DNA from: Megasphaera elsdenii DSM 20460
GTDB taxonomy: Bacteria > Bacillota > Negativicutes > Veillonellales > Megasphaeraceae
Assembly (NCBI RefSeq): GCF_003010495.1
Contig: NZ_CP027570.1
Location: 990,001-1,022,000, forward strand
DNA: 32,000 nucleotides
Reading direction: 5' to 3'
Part shown: one piece after another, positions 16,112 through 26,161 of the stretch
Numbering within the stretch: position 1 is the stretch's first letter
How the letters are laid out: each line of letters opens with the position of its first letter
Notes under the pieces: model-generated
Database searches by the model: none
Told to the model about the DNA's origin: nothing
Seen by the model: the letters and a program-made list of their open reading frames with translations, nothing else
Translations under genes and position numbers: made by a program

Positions 16112-16591
16112 ATGGCAGACAATAAAACTTATGCTGTGTTCCAGACGAACCGCGGCGATTTTACGGTTGAACTTTTTGCGGACAAAGCTCCGATTACGGT
16201 CGAAAATTTTGTCAATTTGGCAAAATCCGGTTTTTATGATGGCACGATTTTCCATCGCATCATTGCCGATTTCATGATCCAAGGCGGCGACCCGACGGGT
16301 ACGGGCTGCGGCGGCTCGAAGCAGACGATCCCTGATGAATTTGGTCCGGGCCTTGATTTCAGCGAACCCGGTATCCTGGCTATGGCCAATGCCGGCCCCA
16401 ATACGGGCAGCTCTCAGTTCTTTGTGACTGTTGTCCCGACGCCGTGGCTCCAGAACCATCATTCGATTTTCGGCAAGGTCGTCAAAGATTACGATGTCGT
16501 CGAAGGTATCAGCAGAGTCAAAACGAATTTTGCAGATAAACCCCTGGAAGATGTCGTCTTGAACACGGTGAAAATCGTAACGGAAGCCTAA
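16112..16591 (+). CDS. ppiB: Cyclophilin-type peptidyl-prolyl cis-trans isomerase, 159 aa
   Basis: GGGAGG RBS. Motifs FHRIIADFMIQGGDPTGTG, MANAGPNTGSSQFFV and HSIFGKV. Confidence 0.93.
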   Translation: MADNKTYAVFQTNRGDFTVELFADKAPITVENFVNLAKSGFYDGTIFHRIIADFMIQGGDPTGTGCGGSKQTIPDEFGPGLDFSEPGILAMANAGPNTGSSQFFVTVVPTPWLQNHHSIFGKVVKDYDVVEGISRVKTNFADKPLEDVVLNTVKIVTEA

Positions 16592-16598
16592 GTGCTTC

Positions 16599-16868
16599 AT
16601 GTTGTATTATACGTATATGGTGCGCTGTGCCGACCAGTCTTTATATACGGGCTGGACGCTGGATGTAGCCAAACGGGTGGCAGCGCACAATGACGGCAGA
16701 GGGGCCAAGTATACCCGTTCCCGTCGCCCTGTGACCCTGGCCTGGTGCCAGGGTTTTCCTACAAAACACGAAGCGATGCATTGGGAATGGCAGATCAAGC
16801 AGTGGACGAGAAAGAAGAAGGAGAAGCTCTGCCGGGAACAGCTTTCCGTAACGGATGAGGAAGGATGA
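16599..16868 (+). CDS. GIY-YIG nuclease-domain protein (UPF0213 / YhbQ-like), 89 aa
   Basis: YTYMVRCADQSLYTGWTLDVAKRVAAHNDGRGAKYTRSRRP matches the GIY-YIG pattern (Y..V...LYTG...R...H..G.GAKYT). Starts 8 nt after the ppiB stop. Confidence 0.85.
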   Translation: MLYYTYMVRCADQSLYTGWTLDVAKRVAAHNDGRGAKYTRSRRPVTLAWCQGFPTKHEAMHWEWQIKQWTRKKKEKLCREQLSVTDEEG

Positions 16869-18076
16869 TCGAAATGAAACTATGGAAAAAATGGCTGACG
16901 ACAATCGTTGCCAGTTTATCCCTCTGTATCGCACCGGCAGCGATGGCTTCGGCCGCTTCGACGGCGCAGATCTTGCTTTACGGGGCCGCGACGATGGTCC
17001 TGGCAAAACAGCAGCTGCTCCAGATGGACAACAATAACCAGAAACAGATGCTGGCCAATACCCAGGCCAAGACGGGCGTCGTCAATAATGAAGCCTACAG
17101 CGACCGCCTGGAAAATATCCAGCGCAATCTCGTGGCGACGGGCCTGATTAAGCGCAATTACGATGTCTATGCCAATCCCTCGACGGATTTGAACGCCTTT
17201 GAAACGATCGGCGGCGTCATTTCCGTCAATAAGGGGATGCTCGATGCCCTCAATGATGACGAACTGGCCTTTACGCTGTGCCATGAAATGCAGCACGGTG
17301 AAAAACGCCATGCCATCAACGGCGTCCTCAAGAGTATCGGTATTTCGACCCTCGTCGACGTGTCCCTCGGCGGCAATGCCGATGTCCTGGACATCCTCTT
17401 GGGCAGTGTAGCCGTCAATTACATCGACAATGAATTTGTCACTATGGACCAGGAAAAACAGGCTGATGCGACGGGCTTCAATGTCTTCAAGAACACGGCA
17501 TATAATGTCGGTGGTGCCGCTTCGTCCATGCAGTACGTCTATGAACAGTATGGCGAATTGTGGCAGGAAGGTTTCAAACGCATCATCAGCCCGAACAACC
17601 ATCCGCAGATGTCGAGCCGTATCGAAAAGCTGGCCGGACGCATGAGCTTGTGGTCAGGCAACCACGTCCAGGTCGGCGGCAACACGGTATATGTCAACGC
17701 ACAGCCTGTTGTTACGCCGGCCGTGTCCGGAACCTATTCGTCACGGCGTCGGGCTTTCCTGGTCGCCGGCAATCTGGCCCGGGCTACGCACGATGTCTAC
17801 GGCGAAGCGACGAAAGACGATAAAGTCGTCACCGAAGCGATGAACAAGAAGCAGCCGTCGTGGAAGGTGTCGTCCCGCGGCGATGACGTCTACGTCAACG
17901 GCTTGCGCGTCATGACCTGTGCCGACGGCGATAACCAGCCGGTCATCGTCAAGAATATCCAGTCGGCCCTGGAAGCCAAACCGGCCATGCTGAACAAGAA
18001 GGAAATCCAGAAGCAGAATAAAGCCTGGACCCATAAGTATGGCTATAAGAAACAGAAGAAGGAGAAAAATGCGTAA
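16865..18076 (+). CDS. Secreted M48-like zinc metalloprotease (HExxH), ~400 aa
   Basis: ATGA overlap with the GIY-YIG stop. An alternative start at 16874 (MKLWKK...) has better RBS spacing. Signal peptide ...SLCIAPAAMASAAS. Motif FTLCHEMQHGEKRH (HEMQH at ~17282-17296). Confidence 0.8.
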   Translation: MIEMKLWKKWLTTIVASLSLCIAPAAMASAASTAQILLYGAATMVLAKQQLLQMDNNNQKQMLANTQAKTGVVNNEAYSDRLENIQRNLVATGLIKRNYDVYANPSTDLNAFETIGGVISVNKGMLDALNDDELAFTLCHEMQHGEKRHAINGVLKSIGISTLVDVSLGGNADVLDILLGSVAVNYIDNEFVTMDQEKQADATGFNVFKNTAYNVGGAASSMQYVYEQYGELWQEGFKRIISPNNHPQMSSRIEKLAGRMSLWSGNHVQVGGNTVYVNAQPVVTPAVSGTYSSRRRAFLVAGNLARATHDVYGEATKDDKVVTEAMNKKQPSWKVSSRGDDVYVNGLRVMTCADGDNQPVIVKNIQSALEAKPAMLNKKEIQKQNKAWTHKYGYKKQKKEKNA

Positions 18077-19481
18077 ACAAATAGCTTTTGTCACGGCCCT
18101 CATGGCCTTGACCCTGGGCGTCGGCATCCTCGCCGGTGCCCGCCAGTCGACGGACTCTCATGGCGTCGATGTGGCCCTGGAAGAAGCGCGGCAGCATGCG
18201 ACGACTGATGGCGATGACGTGCCAGCCTTGCGGGAAAAACCGCAGGTCACTCTTCATTATCCGGCGACGGATCCGGCCGATGCCCATCCCATCCTGCGCT
18301 GGAGCCGTGTCGACGGGGCTGTCATGTATGACGTGCAGATATTGAAGAAGGAAGAAGAAAAGGACGCGGACGGGAAACCCAGTACGTCTTATGAACCGTT
18401 CATGGATGACCAGAAGGCCTATACGACAGGACTGGAACTGGATTTGCCCGATACTTTCCTGGGACAGGTCTTTTACTGGCGCGTCCGCGGCCTCGATTTG
18501 AAGGGGCGTCCCGTCAGTGAGTTCTCGGATGTCGAAGAAGTACATGTCGATATTTTCCAGCCTTTTACGGAAAAGCCGACGCCCTTGTCCTTTTTCAACC
18601 AGGGACCGGGACAGACCCTGCTCTACCCGGTCTACGACTGGATTGCCGTACCCGGGGCGGCCAAGTATGAGGTGGAAATCCTCAACGACCTGCCGGAAGA
18701 CCCGAACGGCACGGCACCGTCAATCCATCGCATCGACAGTTATACGCCTCAGTATGCTCAGCAGTATGACCAGAAGGCCCGCATGGGCGACAAGCCGTTC
18801 TACTGGCGCGTCCTGGCCCTGGACGGGGCGGGGAATCCCATCGGCGGCTATTCCGATGCCCTGCCTTTCGAACTGGATCCGGCTGCCGAACAGGGCGTCG
18901 TCGCTATCTTCGGCGACAGTATCAGCCATGGCGGTGGCAGTATTTCTTATTCGCCGACGGACTGGGATTTCAGCTACGCTTCGTATCTCATGTTCCCGAC
19001 GATCAACCTGGCTCAGAGCGGTGACACGAGCGCCATGGGCGTCGAACGCTTCGACCGCGATGTCCTGCCTTTCAAGCCCTCGTATGTCATCATCCTCATC
19101 GGCTCCAACAGCCTCCGGGCCGGCGTGCCGGCAGGCGAAGTCATTGCTGATTTACGGACGCTGAAGAAAAAATGCCTGAGCCACGGCATCAAACCGGTTT
19201 TCCTGACCATTCCGCCGCTTAACCCGCAGAACATCAAGGCCGCCTTCGACCAGGATACGGCCGATGACTGGCGCAGCGCCATTGCCGAAGTCAACGACTA
19301 CATCGACACGCAGGTCCACATCGACATCACGCCGGGCATGGCTGACAGCCACGGCGAACTCAAGACCGAACTGGCTCTGGACGGCCTCCATCTCGACCCA
19401 CCGGGCAAAAAAATGATGGCCGCCGCCATCAATAACGCCTGGGCCAGCATCACGGAATTACCCGATAGTGCCTGGGAGTGA
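18069..19481 (+). CDS. Secreted SGNH/GDSL hydrolase with a duplicated N-terminal ~90-aa domain, 470 aa
   Basis: I prefer the ATG at 18069 (MRKQIAFVTALMALTLGVGILAGA) with AGGAG upstream. It overlaps the M48 stop by 8 nt. SGNH blocks are IFGDSISHGG (~18906), ILIGSNSL and DGLHLDPPG. The two N-terminal repeats each contain W..V.GA.xY.V.IL ... FYWRV..LD. Confidence 0.8.
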   Translation: MRKQIAFVTALMALTLGVGILAGARQSTDSHGVDVALEEARQHATTDGDDVPALREKPQVTLHYPATDPADAHPILRWSRVDGAVMYDVQILKKEEEKDADGKPSTSYEPFMDDQKAYTTGLELDLPDTFLGQVFYWRVRGLDLKGRPVSEFSDVEEVHVDIFQPFTEKPTPLSFFNQGPGQTLLYPVYDWIAVPGAAKYEVEILNDLPEDPNGTAPSIHRIDSYTPQYAQQYDQKARMGDKPFYWRVLALDGAGNPIGGYSDALPFELDPAAEQGVVAIFGDSISHGGGSISYSPTDWDFSYASYLMFPTINLAQSGDTSAMGVERFDRDVLPFKPSYVIILIGSNSLRAGVPAGEVIADLRTLKKKCLSHGIKPVFLTIPPLNPQNIKAAFDQDTADDWRSAIAEVNDYIDTQVHIDITPGMADSHGELKTELALDGLHLDPPGKKMMAAAINNAWASITELPDSAWE

Positions 19482-19482
19482 G

Positions 19483-19605
19483 GGAAAGGGCTGACGCCCT
19501 TTCCAGTGGTTCGTGGTTCGTAAGCGGGCCGATAACCCTGTGGCGCCCCTACTTTTAAATTTAAAACCATCCACTAACCCCTAGCCACTAACAACTAACC
19601 ACTAA
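19483..19605 (+). repeat. Intergenic mosaic: 9-bp-stem hairpin, (GTGGTTC)x2, a CCCCTAC head, and five CCACTAA-type heptads
   Basis: GGAAAGGGC-tgac-GCCCTTTCC (19483-19504, no U-tract). GTGGTTC GTGGTTC (19507-19520). GGCGCCCCTAC (to 19552). CCACTAA CCCCTAG CCACTAA CAACTAA CCACTAA (19571-19605). Confidence 0.85.
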
Positions 19606-19641
19606 AAAGACGCTGTCGCATTATGCGACAGCGTTTTTTTA
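19605..19641. terminator. Bidirectional intrinsic terminator shared by the SGNH operon (+) and the SorC regulator gene (-)
   Basis: AAAAAG, then ACGCTGTCGCA (19610-19620), loop TTA, TGCGACAGCGT (19624-19634), then T7. The T-run overlaps the minus-strand stop codon (19639-19641). Confidence 0.85.
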
Positions 19642-20580
19642 CACCTCCTCCAGCAAGCGCTTGGCTGTGAACTGGTCGGTGATGAGGACGTTGGCGTAGC
19701 CGCCTTTCAGGGCGGCGCGGATGCTGGCGATTTTGCCTTCGCCGCCGGAGAGGAGGATGCTGTATTCTTTGTTGCGCAGGTCATCCAGGGCGATGCCGAC
19801 GGTGCGGTCATTCAATTCCTGGCTGGAGATGTTGCCGTCTTTGTCGAAGAAGCGGGAGCAGATGTCGCCGACGGCGTGGCTCTTGAGGTAGGCTTTTTCT
19901 TGGGTATCGGCATAGCCCAGGCGGAAGAATAGGGCGTTGTCGCGGACTGTACCGACGCTGAAGATGGCGATGTTGGCATTGCGCCCCAGTTCCAGGACGC
20001 GCTTGATGTGGCGGTCGCGGTAGACCATTTCCTTGACTTCTTTGGAGTCGAAGAGGACCGGCAGGGGCAGGTACTGGGCGATAGTTTCGTAGTTCTTGGC
20101 GAATTTTTCCAGGATTTCATTGGCGTAGGTTTCGCTCGTTGAAAGGGTGATGCCCCCTTCGAGCTGGACGATTTGGGCGCCCTTCAGGGGGTGGGGGATG
20201 AGCTGATGGGACAGGCTGTGGAGGGTTGTGCCCCAGCCGACGCCGATGATGTCGCCGTCCTGGATGATTTCATTGATATAGGCTGCGCCGCGCTGGCCGA
20301 TATATTTCTTGACTTCTTCTTCATCTTCGATGGGTGCGTTGGCGATGCAGACCTGGCGCAGCCCGTAGGCCGAGGCCACTTTTTGGGCCAGCTGGCCCTG
20401 GTCTTCGATGGGGTCGAAGATTTCGATGCGCACGAAACCCATGTCCTTGGCGTACTGCAAGAGCCGGGAAACGGACGGTCGGGACAGCTGCAATTCCTTG
20501 GCGATATCGGCTTGGCTAAAGCCTGACTGATAATATAATTTGGCTGCGCTGATGGCTAGTTTATTCTTATTATGTTGCAT
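19639..20580 (-). CDS. SorC/DeoR(Bs)/CggR-family sugar-phosphate-binding transcriptional regulator, 313 aa
   Basis: N-terminal HTH KLYYQSGFSQADIAKELQLSRPSVSRLLQYAKDMGFVRIEI, followed by a SorC-type effector domain (…GVGWGTTL…, …DICSRFFD..G…). Divergent from glpK. Confidence 0.88.
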   Translation of the reverse strand: MQHNKNKLAISAAKLYYQSGFSQADIAKELQLSRPSVSRLLQYAKDMGFVRIEIFDPIEDQGQLAQKVASAYGLRQVCIANAPIEDEEEVKKYIGQRGAAYINEIIQDGDIIGVGWGTTLHSLSHQLIPHPLKGAQIVQLEGGITLSTSETYANEILEKFAKNYETIAQYLPLPVLFDSKEVKEMVYRDRHIKRVLELGRNANIAIFSVGTVRDNALFFRLGYADTQEKAYLKSHAVGDICSRFFDKDGNISSQELNDRTVGIALDDLRNKEYSILLSGGEGKIASIRAALKGGYANVLITDQFTAKRLLEEV

Positions 20581-20781
20581 ACAAATCCATCCTTAAGATA
20601 AAATGGTAAATTTATATAATCCTCTGACGAAAAAGTAGTAGCGAATACAAATATATTCTTTTTCATTATCGCATTTTTGTTCAGGTAAATGCAAGGCAAA
20701 ATGCAAAGCAATCTGCAAATATGACTTTTTATGTATACTATATTTTGCATAAAAATTATAGCCTTCACAACGACTATACGT

Positions 20782-20835
20782 AATGTGAAAATATGTTAAT
20801 ATTTTGTTGAAAAAATGTGCCGTCTGATGTATGAT
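20782..20835 (+). promoter_or_regulatory. glpK promoter with an upstream conserved 15-mer (candidate operator or activator site)
   Basis: AATGTGAAAATATGT (20782-20796). TTGAAA (20807-20812), 17-nt spacer, TATGAT (20830-20835). The 15-mer is identical to 23325-23339 and sits at the same distance from the -35. Confidence 0.55.
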
Positions 20836-20837
20836 GA

Positions 20838-22415
<1,578 letters not shown>

Positions 22416-22433
22416 GAGAGAGGTGCTAGCATC

Positions 22434-23165
22434 ATGATGTTTGACAACTTATTAGGAGAGTTTCTCGGGACGATGGTCCTCATCGTCTTTGGGGCCGGCG
22501 TCTGCGCCTGCAACACGCTGACCAAATCGAAAGGCCAGAATGGCGGCTGGATCTGCATCACCGCAGCCTGGGGTTTTGCCGTAACCCTCGGCGTTTACAC
22601 GGCAACGACCTTGGGCGCTCCGCAGGGCGACCTGAACCCGGCTGTTACCTTGGGCAAGACCCTGATCGGGATTTATTCGGTGCCTCAGTTCTTCGCTACG
22701 TCCATCGCTCAGATCCTGGGCGGTATCCTCGGCGCAGCTATTGTCTGGCTGGCATACCTGCCGCACTGGGCTGAAACGGAAGATAAATCGGCAAAACTCG
22801 GTATCTTCTGCACGGCTCCGGCTATCCGTAACTATCCGGCCAACTTCCTTTGCGAATTTATTGCGACGTTCTTCCTGATGTTCGTCATCTGGATGATCTT
22901 CTCCAATAAAGTCGGTGCAATGCCTGCTGGCCTTGGGCCGTACATCGTCGGTATCCTCATCTGGGCTCTGGGCATGAGTCTTGGCGGTCCTACCGGGTAC
23001 GCCATGAACCCGGCTCGAGACCTGGGTCCCCGTATTGCCCATGCTATCCTGCCGATTGCCGGCAAAGGCGGCTCGGACTGGGCTTATGCCTGGATCCCTG
23101 TCTTGGCTCCGCTGGCTGGTGCCTTTGCTGCCTACGTCGTGGCGATGGCTTTGAATGTCTTCTAA
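22434..23165 (+). CDS. glpF: Glycerol uptake facilitator (MIP/aquaglyceroporin), 243 aa
   Basis: Two NPA boxes (LNPAVTLG, MNPARDLGPR), six hydrophobic segments, and position directly after glpK. Confidence 0.92.
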   Translation: MMFDNLLGEFLGTMVLIVFGAGVCACNTLTKSKGQNGGWICITAAWGFAVTLGVYTATTLGAPQGDLNPAVTLGKTLIGIYSVPQFFATSIAQILGGILGAAIVWLAYLPHWAETEDKSAKLGIFCTAPAIRNYPANFLCEFIATFFLMFVIWMIFSNKVGAMPAGLGPYIVGILIWALGMSLGGPTGYAMNPARDLGPRIAHAILPIAGKGGSDWAYAWIPVLAPLAGAFAAYVVAMALNVF

Positions 23166-23184
23166 TCTATTTATATATGGTTTT

Positions 23185-23224
23185 AGGAAAGGGCTTGTCA
23201 TTTTTCGGCAAGCCCTCTCCTTTA
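23185..23224 (+). terminator. Probable terminator after glpF
   Basis: AGGAAAGGGCTTG (23185-23197), 11-nt loop, CAAGCCCTCTCCT (23209-23221, one mismatch). Only a short T-run follows. Confidence 0.55.
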
Positions 23225-23324
23225 CCTCGATTTACAAATTTGCTTATTTATTTTGAACATAATTTCATCGTTCATTAAAGGTAATATTTCTATATTTTCC
23301 CATGAAAAAATTGTATAAGTTGAC

Positions 23325-23378
23325 AATGTGAAAATATGTAAAAATAGACTTGCAATTATTTTCACAAACTTATATAAT
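23325..23378 (+). promoter_or_regulatory. Promoter of the G3P-dehydrogenase-like operon, with the same conserved 15-mer and a 10-bp inverted repeat
   Basis: AATGTGAAAATATGT (23325-23339). TTGCAA (23350-23355), 17-nt spacer, TATAAT (23373-23378). TGTGAAAATA (23327-23336) is the perfect inverse of TATTTTCACA (23357-23366), so the pair brackets the -35. Confidence 0.6.
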
Positions 23379-23431
23379 AAGGGCATCAAAGATAGTGATA
23401 CTTGGTATTTACAGAGAAAGAGGTTGTGAAC

Positions 23432-24892
23432 ATGACAAAACAAGCAGATGTCGTCGTAATTGGCGGCGGTATTACCGGCACAGCCATTTTGCACGAATTG
23501 GCGAAGTACAATCTTCGTGCAGTCCTGGTTGAACAGGAACCGGAACTGGCTGCCGGCACGACAAAGGCCAACAGTGCCATCCTTCACGCAGGTTTCGATG
23601 CGCCTACGGGCAGTATGAAAGCCCGCATGAACGTCGCAGGCAATGCGATGTATCATGATTTGAAAGACGAATTGGATCTGGACATCCGCTGGTCTGGCTC
23701 GTATGTAGCCGCTCTCGATGATGAACAGATGGCCGTCCTCCAAGAACTCCTCGAACGGGGCAATGCCAACGGCGTTCCGGGACTGAAAATCATCAGCGGC
23801 GATGAAATGCGCAAAGAAGAACCGAATGTCAGCAAAGACATCAAAGGCGCACTCTGGGCTCCAACTGCCGGTATCTGCTGGCCTTTCGGATTGGCCCTGG
23901 CCTTTGCGGAAAACGCTGTCATCAACGGTGCCGAAGTCATCCGTGAATGTCAGGTTACGGGTATCACCGTAGAAGATGGCGCTGTCAAAGCTGTCGAAAC
24001 GGATAAGGGCACTATCGAAACGAAATACGTCATCAATGCCGCCGGTGTCCACGCCGACGAAATCAGCCGCCTCGCCGGGGATGATTCCTTCCAGATCCAT
24101 CCGCGCCGTGGTGAATACATCCTCTTTGATAAGACGGCTCAGAAAGATCTGGTCTACTCGCCGATTTTCCCGACACCGACGAAAATGGGCAAAGGTATCC
24201 TGGTCTGTGCGACGACTCACGGCAACGTCTTCGTCGGCCCGAACGCCCAGGATATGCCGGACAGTGAAAAAGACGACACGGCTGTTACCATTCCGGGTAT
24301 GGACGACATCCTGGACAAAGCCCGCCGCCTGGTTCCGAACATCCCCGTCGGCGCTACGATTACGGAATTTGTCGGCGTCCGCGCCGTATCCAGCACAGGT
24401 GACTTCATCCTCGGCCCGTCGGAAAAGACGAAAGGCCTCATCCAGGCTGCCGGCATCCAGTCGCCGGGCCTGACTTCAGCTCCGGCTATTGCCAAGTACC
24501 TCGTCGACGGCATCGTCGCTGAAACCGGTGCTGCGGCCAAGACCGATTACAAGAAAGGCCGTCCGGCTCAGCCCTGCTTCCGCATGATGGCTGAAGCAGA
24601 TCAGAAAGCCCTCATCGCCAAGGATCCCCGCTATGGCCGCGTCATCTGCCGCTGCGAAACGATTACGGAAGGCGAAATCGTCGATGCTATCCATCGTCCC
24701 GTCGGCGCCCGCACCGTCGATGGTGTCAAACGCCGCACCCGTGCCGGCATGGGCCGCTGCCAGGGTGGCTTCTGCGGACCTCGTGTCACACAGATCTTGT
24801 CCCGTGAATTGAACATCCCCGTTACGGAAGTACGGAAAGAAATGCGTAATTCTTATATGTTCTATGATAAAGAAAGCGGAGGTAAAGCATAA
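23432..24892 (+). CDS. FAD-dependent glycerol-3-phosphate dehydrogenase/oxidase-like protein (GlpA-like) with C-terminal BFD-like [2Fe-2S] domain, 486 aa
   Basis: ATG at 23432 after AGAAAGAGG. Dinucleotide fold DVVVIGGGITGTAILHELA. C-terminal motif ICRCETITEGEIVDAIHRP...RAGMGRCQGGFC. Confidence 0.88.
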   Translation: MTKQADVVVIGGGITGTAILHELAKYNLRAVLVEQEPELAAGTTKANSAILHAGFDAPTGSMKARMNVAGNAMYHDLKDELDLDIRWSGSYVAALDDEQMAVLQELLERGNANGVPGLKIISGDEMRKEEPNVSKDIKGALWAPTAGICWPFGLALAFAENAVINGAEVIRECQVTGITVEDGAVKAVETDKGTIETKYVINAAGVHADEISRLAGDDSFQIHPRRGEYILFDKTAQKDLVYSPIFPTPTKMGKGILVCATTHGNVFVGPNAQDMPDSEKDDTAVTIPGMDDILDKARRLVPNIPVGATITEFVGVRAVSSTGDFILGPSEKTKGLIQAAGIQSPGLTSAPAIAKYLVDGIVAETGAAAKTDYKKGRPAQPCFRMMAEADQKALIAKDPRYGRVICRCETITEGEIVDAIHRPVGARTVDGVKRRTRAGMGRCQGGFCGPRVTQILSRELNIPVTEVRKEMRNSYMFYDKESGGKA

Positions 24893-26160
24893 TGGGTGAA
24901 CAACTTTATGATATTATCATCGTTGGCGGCGGCCCGGCAGGCTTATCCGCTGCCTACAGCGCTTGGCAGAATGGCGCTAAAAAAATCCTCGTCCTCGAAC
25001 GTGACCGCGAAGCTGGCGGCATCCTCCAGCAGTGCATCCACAACGGCTTCGGCCTCCATCACTTCAAAGAAGAACTGACGGGCCCGGGCTATGCACAGCG
25101 CTGCTATGACTTGGTCAAAGATAAACCGGAAATCGAAATCCTCGTCGATACCATGGTCCTCAGCGTCAATCCCGACAAGACCGTTACGGCTGTCAGCCCG
25201 GCACACGGCTTGATGAAAGTCCAGGGCAAGACGATCATCCTTACCATGGGCTGTCGTGAACGGACGCGCGGTGCCATCCGCATCCCCGGCTACCGTCCGG
25301 CTGGCGTCTTCACGGCCGGCGCAGCACAGCGCATGGTCAACATGGAAGGCTATCTGCCGGGCAAGAAAATCGTCATCCTCGGCAGTGGCGACATCGGCCT
25401 CATCATGGCCCGCCGTATGACCCTCGAAGGCTGCAAAGTCCAGGCTGTCCTGGAAATCTGCCCCTTCTCGAACGGCTTGACCCGTAATATGGTACAATGT
25501 CTGTATGACTATGATATTCCTTTATATCTGTCCCACACCATTACGGCCATCCATGGCAAAGACCGGGTCAATGGCATTACGGCAGCCAAAGTCGACGACC
25601 ATATGAAACCGATTCCGGGCACGGAATTCGATATCGACTGCGATACGCTGCTCTTGTCTGTCGGCCTGATCCCGGAAAATGAATTGTCCCGCGGCTTAGG
25701 GCTGGCTATGCATCCGCTCACCAATGGTCCTATCGTCGACCAGCATCGTGAAACGAGTATCCCTGGCATCTTCGCAGCCGGTAACGTCGTCCATGTCCAT
25801 GACCTGGTAGACTTCGTATCGGAAGAAGCTGAAATCGCCGGCAAATATGCGGCCCTCAAGGCTCAGGAACAGCTGCCGGAAGACGTAGCTGACGTAAAAG
25901 TCGAAGCTATCGACGAAGTCCGCACCTGCGTTCCCCAGCATGTCCGCGCTACGGCAGACGGCGAAACAATCCGTTTGTTCATGCGTGTCCGCAAACCGAT
26001 GAAGAAAGTCCGCCTTACGGTCAAGAGCGGTGACGATACGCTGCTGACGAAAGTCCTCCCCGTCGCCAAACCGAGTGAAATGATCGCCGTCAACGTACCG
26101 GCTGAAAAAGCCAAAGGCCATCATGCGGATTGGACCGTTTCCGTAAAGGAGGAAGCATAA
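24892..26160 (+). CDS. FAD/NAD(P)-binding pyridine-nucleotide-disulfide-type oxidoreductase, 422 aa
   Basis: TAATG overlap with the upstream gene. Two Rossmann motifs, IIIVGGGPAGLSAA and IVILGSGDIGLIMA. GIFAAGNVVH is present. Confidence 0.88.
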   Translation: MGEQLYDIIIVGGGPAGLSAAYSAWQNGAKKILVLERDREAGGILQQCIHNGFGLHHFKEELTGPGYAQRCYDLVKDKPEIEILVDTMVLSVNPDKTVTAVSPAHGLMKVQGKTIILTMGCRERTRGAIRIPGYRPAGVFTAGAAQRMVNMEGYLPGKKIVILGSGDIGLIMARRMTLEGCKVQAVLEICPFSNGLTRNMVQCLYDYDIPLYLSHTITAIHGKDRVNGITAAKVDDHMKPIPGTEFDIDCDTLLLSVGLIPENELSRGLGLAMHPLTNGPIVDQHRETSIPGIFAAGNVVHVHDLVDFVSEEAEIAGKYAALKAQEQLPEDVADVKVEAIDEVRTCVPQHVRATADGETIRLFMRVRKPMKKVRLTVKSGDDTLLTKVLPVAKPSEMIAVNVPAEKAKGHHADWTVSVKEEA

Positions 26161-26161
26161 C

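Noticed and set aside
18039-18068. Upstream start (MAIRNRRRRK...) for the SGNH hydrolase ORF. Similarly 5372 (GTG) for pyk, 20856 for glpK, 23402 for the GlpA-like gene, 3041 for the M13 peptidase and 29485 (GTG) for lutC.
   Set aside because: In each case a downstream ATG has a properly spaced Shine-Dalgarno. It also gives the canonical N-terminus or signal peptide. The upstream codons overlap the preceding gene or the promoter.
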